Assembly (NCBI GenBank): GCA_020137815.1
Contig: CM035354.1
Coordinates: 4,526,001 to 4,590,000, forward strand
Source of the DNA: Hormiphora californensis
Taxonomy: Eukaryota; Animalia; Ctenophora
DNA: 64,000 bases
Direction of reading: 5' to 3'
Under the pieces are notes generated by a model, which was not told the origin of the DNA, made no database searches, and saw only the letters and a program-made list of their open reading frames with translations. Shown one piece after another: positions 53,484 through 64,000 of the stretch; positions within the stretch are counted from its first letter, which is position 1; every line of letters starts with the position of its first letter. Made by a program: the position numbers and the translations under genes.

Positions 53484-56400
53484 TTACTTCTGTTTTAGTT
53501 TGTTACCCTTCCTCACCACTGCAACCAACACACCCACTAACACCACCAGCACCACCACCACCCCTAGCAATAGAACCCATCTGATATTGCTGGCTGGTTT
53601 GGTGGACCGCAACACAATGGACCCAAGGGGCCACACCTCAGTAAGGGAGGCAGGTGTACAGGAGCAACCCCTGGTGGGAGAGTAGCCACATCTGGAGTTG
53701 ACTTCATCTGAGAATCCACCAACTGTACCTCGCTGTACAACTAACTCCTAGAGATGGGGTTAGTGAGAATAGGACAACCAACTCCTAGAGAGGGGGATAT
53801 CTACTGTATAAACTGTATAAAACTAACGACCGAGGAAACCCTCAAACCCAATCAATTACAATATGAAAGTAAAAACTAAAACCATTATGAGGCCCGTTTC
53901 TTACATTTGAAGATTGTTTTCTAATGCCCTGAACCTTGGCGGTAAGGCAGCTCTCGCCAGAACAGTAGCAAGGCCCCAGGAACTTTAGAGGCCAATTCCG
54001 GCAGTCAGTATCAGTTTGGCATCCTGGGGGAACCTGCAACATCATAGTAATCAGAATCGATGTATCATGTAGATTGTAGTGGCTAACATAGCGGGATAAA
54101 TTGATGAAACTGACAAGTTATAAAGCCCTGATAAAGGTAGTTAACTAAGCCCGGTGGCACGCCAATTTGAAGCTGCCGGGAATGGCCAGAGAATAACAAA
54201 AAAGTTGCCGATTTTTCAATTTCACGATTGTAACAATCCTTGTTAAATTTTACCAATTACCGACCAATTATACCAATTAGCTCCTTTAATTGACCCCGGA
54301 GAACTTCGAAAAGTAACTCATGTGATTCAGCGTATAAAAATTAGTGGGGATAGTGGGCAATGACATGCCCGGTGGCACAATGTGAGGAATCTAGGAATGG
54401 CATTCCTTCCGGCAAGTCAGCTCTGTTGACCTAAATTTCGGCAAGATTTCAGCCGGCGACCATGTTTAAATTTCAGGATAGAAACAATCCTTGTGTTTCA
54501 GTACACATTCGTATTTTTCACAATTGTGCGAAGTTTTGGGGACACATGCCTCCATTTGGTCCTTTTAAATTAAAAATGTGGATGAAATCACCAGAGATCA
54601 GTTCTAACTTCATTGAATCTGTATTTTTAAAAATCGGCAAGAAAAATCGGCATGCCGATATTTATTCCTCGAATATTCCTTAGGAATGGGGAGGGAAAGT
54701 TGACGATTTTCTGCCGGAAAATACAAAAATTGAAATTTTCTAAATTAATCAAGTTTTAGCACTAACCCCACTAATTTTGGGACGCTGAATCACGTGAGCT
54801 ACTTTTTAATCACCTCAGAGGTCAATTAAGTGTGCTAATTGGCATAATTAGCCGGTAATTAGCAACTTTTTAGAATGGGCTATTACTCATGTCATTGCCC
54901 ACTATCCCCACTAATTTTTATACGCTGAATCACATGAGTTACTTTTCGAAGTTCTCCGGGGTCAATTAAAGGAGCTAATTGGTATAATTGGTCGGTAATT
55001 GGTAAAATTTAACAAGGATTGTTACAATCGTGAAATTGAAAAATCGGCAACTTTTTTGTTATTCTCTGGCCATTCCCGGCAGCTTCAAATTGGCGTGCCA
55101 CCGGGATGACATGAGTAATAGCCCATTCTAAAAAGTTGCTAATTACCGGCTAATTATGCCAATTAGCACACTTAATTGACCTCTGAGGTGATTAAAAAGT
55201 AGCTCACGTGATTCAGCGTCCCAAAATTAGTGGGGTTAGTGCTAAAACTTGATTAATTTAGAAAATTTCAATTTTTGTATTTTCCGGCAGAAAATCGTCA
55301 ACTTTCCCTCCCCATTCCTAAGGAATATTCGAGGAATAAATATCGGCATGCCGATTTTTCTTGCCGATTTTTAAAAATACAGATTCAATGAAGTTAGAAC
55401 TGATCTCTGGTGATTTCATCCACATTTTTAATTTAAAAGGACCAAATGGAGGCATGTGTCCCCAAAACTTCGCACAATTGTGAAAAATACGAATGTGTAC
55501 TGAAACACAAGGATTGTTTCTATCCTGAAATTTAAACATGGTCGCCGGCTGAAATCTTGCCGAAATTTAGGTCAACAGAGCTGACTTGCCGGAAGGAATG
55601 CCATTCCTAGATTCCTCACATTGTGCCACCGGGTAACTAAGTGGTACAGTTACCTGGTGGCATTCAAACTGTGGGTAGTCGTCAGTTCCAAGGTTAAGGA
55701 ACACTGTTATATTCCTCCCTCCAATCACCTGCGGGTTTGGTTTTGAAAAACAATTATTGTGTTACTGGAAAACTCAAAAGCAATGTGAGTTTTGGCAGCC
55801 TGCTTGCGTGACATCATACACTGATACTTCTCACGAAAGAGAGGGTAGCAGGTTACATCTGGATAATACCATTCAGCAAGATTCTTTAATTTACCTGGTG
55901 ATCACACCCGAAGATGTGGTAACCCTTGTAGTATGATAGGAGTGCCTCGGCTCTGTTACTCAGACCGGGAGAGACAGTGGTAGTGAATGCCAGCCTGCTT
56001 AACAATAACTGAGGGAGTGTAGGAAGTGAATTGTTAGAGTTCTTAGAAATAGTTGACTCTCCCTCGCTCGGAGGAACATCAGCATGAACATTCCATGCCC
56101 ACAATACTACGGAAGAATTAAAATAGCATTCACATGTTATGTTCTAATCCTTTTACATAAAAGAGGGGTGTGGTGAAAGATGGCCACAATAACTTTACCT
56201 CGGGGAGGCTGACCCAGTGATGCTCCACAGGGGAGGGATGGTCCCCAGCCTCACTTGACAGCTGATCCAGTAATGCTGGTGTAAACTCCCCTCTCCTTAA
56301 CTGGTCCTGCGTCTCTCTACTCCCACCTAGAGAGAGAGATGAGGTGTTATACTGCCCTGTATTATACTGGATTACCTAGTTCACTATCTGTAATTCACAG

Positions 56401-57550
56401 TTGTCTTGTTCAGATTTTCGTGATGTATGAACAATTCAAGTGAAAGAAAGTAGTTAGTGGTATTACCTACAACAGACACATCATTTGTCTCATCGGAAGT
56501 TTCTGATTTAGAAGACTTCTTAGGGGATTTATCAACACACCCATCCAGATTCAAATCTGGGAACTTAGCACACAGCTTCAGTTTCAGAGACATCTTGCTC
56601 TCGTTTGATGTTAGGGTTCTAGAGCTATGATGGGTGGCTTTAGCTCCTATATCAGTCCATTTTAACACGTGACTACCCCACTTGTAAATGAAGGCATCAT
56701 ATGGTAACCAGGCATGCCTAATGTGAGGCTTTCTTATGGGGTAGGGAAGGGAGCCAAGATCTCGGAGTAGGTCTGGCACTAGTTCAGATTCCTGCAGACA
56801 CTCATCAGATACCGCCTCTCTCTGCCTTGTGAACTTGACCTGAATTAGGGGTGTATATTTTAAAAGGGAACCTATTTGCAGTACAGAATATACATTAGTG
56901 TAACAAAGGTGATATACTTGTACAATTGTCATCACCTCAATTAATGTCCCGGCTGTTTCAGTGGATGATTTCTTTAGATAACTCGCTGTCAGATCTCCCT
57001 TGCCTCCCAGCTCTTTAGCTGTCAAACCAACACCCACTGCAAACTCCTAGAAGGGGGAAGAAGTTCCAATCAAATCTGAGATAATTATACAGGATAATTG
57101 ATTATGAGAACCAAGACTAGACTGTGATACGAACAAATACAAATGCACATGTTTCGTTTGTTAGTCGTGTAGTAAGTTTGTTGTTTGTTGTTTATTAATT
57201 ATTATTAATCTATACATACATGAATGAACTCTTCCTGATTTGTGTACACCTTCACATTCTTATCAGTGGTGACATGATCAACATTGGAGAGACACGATCC
57301 CTCCAGTTTAGTAAATATCCTCTTTCCACTTGGTATCTCATCATCTATCTGAACCTAAACAAAATAAGTATATCAAGTAAGTACCAATGAAATACTTGCA
57401 CAAATACCGGTTGTGGTTAACCGAGTATTTTGTGGTTGTTACCTTGCCGATGTTGTAGGATGTCCCCACTCTCTCAGACACACTACCAAGTGTTGTAGTT
57501 GGTAGTACCGCACATATAACCAGATAACACAATAACATTATACCTAACAT
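53484..57550 (-). CDS. MACPF-domain protein with signal peptide, Cys-rich module and C-terminal transmembrane helix (about 9 exons)
   Basis: Exons ~57443-57550, 57250-57354, 56936-57046, 56467-56839, 56199-56326, 55894-56008, 55654-55728, 53934-54032, 53484-53746. Signal MLGIMLLCYLVICAVL; MACPF-type DLGSLP...YDAFIYKWGSHVLKWTDIG and VVGGS...HPSPVEHHWVSLPELL; YYKGYHIFGC...FEC...GCQTDTDC...CYCSGESC; TM WVLLLGVVVLVVLVGVLVAVV then RKGNKLKQK*. Confidence 0.8.
54150..55633. mobile_element. ~740-bp non-autonomous DNA element (CCCGGTGGCAC termini, 8-bp TSD) with a second copy inserted into it in reverse orientation
   Basis: Outer TSD taactaag (54142-54149, 55634-55641); inner copy 54368-55105 with TSD atgacatg (54360-54367, 55106-55113). 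Confidence 0.92.
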
Positions 57551-57804
57551 AGCATGTTATCATAGACACACAGTTATATTTACACATGACATTTAGTGCA
57601 CAGCCTTGATAGGGATGTCTACCGCTGTGACTCAGCTTCTTTATCAATTACCACTGGAGCCGCCTGGGCGTGCTCTTGGATCACATGTCATGACTGTTCC
57701 TTCTCTACCTTTTGTTCCACAATTATCCGATACTTCACTCTAATTCAGTTTCGTTTGAACATCATAATAGTATTCGTGCCTCTTCGTGTTTAGTTTTAGA
57801 TATC

Positions 57805-58539
57805 ATGAAAGGTTAGTCTATAAATTTATAAACTCAACTCTATAAATTTCAACTCTATAAATCTATAAATTCAACTCGTGTTATTTACTTGTTACCTGAT
57901 TTACTGTTTTGAATGCCCATATTGTTATCCTGCAGTGTTTGTGTTGGCGATATGCCTGACTATAGTGGCGGGTTACTGCCCCGTGTGTACCAGTACTGAC
58001 CCACCAGCCGACTGTGCAGCAGAGGATCACACGGAGGAGTGTGGAGAAGGTGAGGAATGTTGGAAGATTTATAGGAATGCAGTTGGGGATGTGCCAAGTG
58101 TGGAGATTGTGGCTTGTGGGGGACATGGTAAGTTAACCTCCTTGTTATCGTTTTCGTGTATAAACTACACAGTTCCTCACAGAGCCGTCCCCTCTTATCC
58201 AAATACAGAAACTAATAATATTTAACAAGTTCATGTGTTGCCACGTTAGATATGAGTCTCATTATCAATAAGTTGATGTAATAAATAGGGACAAATAGAG
58301 ACTCGTTGATTTTATTTCAGGAATAACACTCCCCTCCTCAGGCGAGTTATTCCTGAAATAAAATCAACGAGTCTCTATTTGTCCCTATTTATTACATCAA
58401 CTTACTAATAATATTTTAACAGATGAAACCCGTTTCAGGAACAGCCCAACGTCTTTGGTTTAACTGCACGTCAAAGTACGGCGTGTTTTGTTTCATGACT
58501 GATATCCTGAGACCAACTGGAGAAACTGAGTTGGAGTAG
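57805..58539 (+). CDS. Small secreted Cys-rich protein with three-finger (Ly6/uPAR)-like cysteine spacing, 3 exons
   Basis: ATG AAA G|gttagt at 57805. Exon ~57936-58128: VFVLAICLTIVAG-YCPVCTSTDPPADCAAEDHTEECGEGEECWKIYRNAVGDVPSVEIVACGGH. Exon ~58439-58539: GTAQRLWFNCTSKYGVFCFMTDILRPTGETELE*; an alternative acceptor at 58423 gives a shorter tail. Confidence 0.7.
58270..58404. mobile_element. Hairpin MITE (~59-bp perfect arms)
   Basis: taagttgatgtaataaataggg...caggaataac - 18-nt loop - gttattcctg...catcaactta. Confidence 0.85.
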
Positions 58540-59179
58540 ACAGTATTGATGAAAAATCTGTGTGATGGCGTCCAGACAGTGCGATCAGATCGGGTGGGAT
58601 CAGATCGGGTGTGCCGCCAAACGGCGAAAATGGATCATGACTAGATACAAAACTTTCGGTTATTCGATTATTTGATAATTTGGAAAATTGCTAATATTCT
58701 TTATTTACATCTGATATTGTTTGTTATTCATGCTGTCCTTAACTTGTGAATTAATATGTTAAACAGGGACGGACGACGGTGCGTCCAGGGCCAGGCCCCA
58801 CGGGACGGTGAAACGGAATTTGCCCCCTCCCCTCCTCAGGCGAGTAGGCCCGAGAGACTGCCCCCGTGTAGAGAAGGACCAGCCCCCTCTCCCTCAACAA
58901 CTTTCGATATTCTCACGATAATCTTAACAATCGGAGCAGGGAAAAAACCCAAAAAAGACAACAACAAAAAATACAAAACGATGAAATTTAATTCCGTGAA
59001 ATCAATTTTATATTAGCTTTTGGCTCGTATCGCGCGTTACGTTTAAAAAGCCGCGCATTAAAATTTCATTTAGCGATGCAATTTAGGCGCGCATTCAACG
59101 CGCGCGGCCCGGATAAAACCTGTCTCGCGAAGAAAAAAAAACTTTTTTTAAAAACTTTACAAAACTTGTCACTCTTCTA

Positions 59180-59331
59180 ATGTCCATTTTTTTCAACTGT
59201 TCACCCCCCAAAGTCGTGCGCGGAATTGTTTTGCGCGTTTATCACATGTTAACGTGTAGCGCGCGCAGCGTAAATTAAAATATCGCACGCGCACGAGTTG
59301 AGGGGTGAACAGTTGAATAAAAATGGACTTT
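59180..59331. mobile_element. MITE family B copy
   Basis: gtccatttt..tcaactgttcacccc / ggggtgaacagttgaataaaatggac; the interior resembles 21247-21330. Confidence 0.75.
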
Positions 59332-59714
59332 AAGGAACCATAATAAAGTTCAAGAGCCTCCAAGAGCACCCAAGAGCGCACCCGATCGAAGAGAGACCAC
59401 ACCTGAGAGCGCACCACATCCAAAAGAGACCACATCCAAGAGCGCACCACCTCCAGAAGACACCACTTCAAGAGCGCACCACATCAAAGAGAGCTCCCCA
59501 TCCAGAAGATACCACGCGCAGGGGACACCACGCGCAGAAGAGACCAGCGCGGCGTTGTATTTGCGCGTGCGGTCTCTTCTGCGCGTGGTGTCCCCTGCGC
59601 GCGGTATCTTCTGGATGGGGAGCTCTCTTTGATGTGGTGCGCTCTTGGAGTGGTGTCTTTTGGAGGTGGTACGCTCTTGGATGGGGTGCGCTCTTGAACT
59701 TTATTATGGTTCCT
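59332..59714. mobile_element. Palindromic foldback element with internal caagagcgcacc sub-repeats
   Basis: aaggaaccataataaagttcaagag ... ctcttgaactttattatggttcctt; hairpin centre near 59555. Confidence 0.82.
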
Positions 59715-60174
59715 TCTCGGCTTTTTCAACGATGTCCGTTTCGCGTCCGCTGTTCAGTCTCGACACCGCTAGGCCCCCACCCTGGCTTTTAGCGGAGGCT
59801 CTGTTGGTAACCCGGTGCTGCACCCCTGGCCCTGCTTGTGGGGGAGGAAGTTTCACCCCCTAACCGCAAGGCATAACTACCGAGTCAATTACTGCCGCTG
59901 GCACAGGGACACGGTCCCTAATGTGTTCACCTTATTTTTCCCGGGGCATGCCGACTGCCAACCGCTACATCAATCACTAAACTTGGCAGTATTTCTTCTT
60001 TTAAATATGAGATGATTGCTTTTCAATTTTCATGAATATCGCCACTGCAGGGCTCAGGCAGTCTCTTCGTTGTTCTCGCATACATTCTAATTTCACGGCC
60101 TTCGGGCGAAGACCATCAAATTTCATGATAAATAACGTCAGACCTTTCGTTACTAACAGTTTGATATTTCTAGC

Positions 60175-64000
<3,826 letters not shown>

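Noticed and set aside
51408-55539. Paired identical ORFs on opposite strands (MSFIPRKK..., MFKFQDRN...)
   Set aside because: They arise from inverted repeats of non-autonomous elements; no transposase motifs.

Overview
Eukaryotic (animal) genomic DNA with compact, spliced genes, many microsatellites, minisatellites and MITEs. An antisense intron-nested gene, an arthropod-type type-III copper protein, a cnidarian-toxin-like MACPF and AG acceptors directly before most start codons suggest a non-bilaterian, probably a ctenophore; this is inference, not proof. Genes reconstructed by hand from splice signals and protein motifs: 3' part of DHX37 (+); a secreted Cys-rich protein with resistin-like spacing (-); an intact R4/Dong-like non-LTR retrotransposon preceded by a 78-bp array (+); a ZIP zinc transporter with an unusual signal peptide and furin-site N-terminus (+); an 11-exon class A GPCR with a very long third intracellular loop (+), hosting an intronless prophenoloxidase/hemocyanin-like gene in intron 4 (-); an SLC15/POT peptide transporter (-); a membrane-anchored MACPF gene (-) head-to-head with a small secreted three-finger-like gene (+); and mitochondrial ATP synthase alpha (+, runs off the window). 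Most interesting: the MACPF/Ly6-like divergent pair, recurrent tandem duplications across exon-intron junctions, the nested PPO gene and the possible trans-splicing signature. Exon coordinates were read by eye and may be a few nt off. Stretches near 6.8-7.7 kb, 31.4-34.0 kb and 37.7-38.2 kb look like lower-accuracy assembly.
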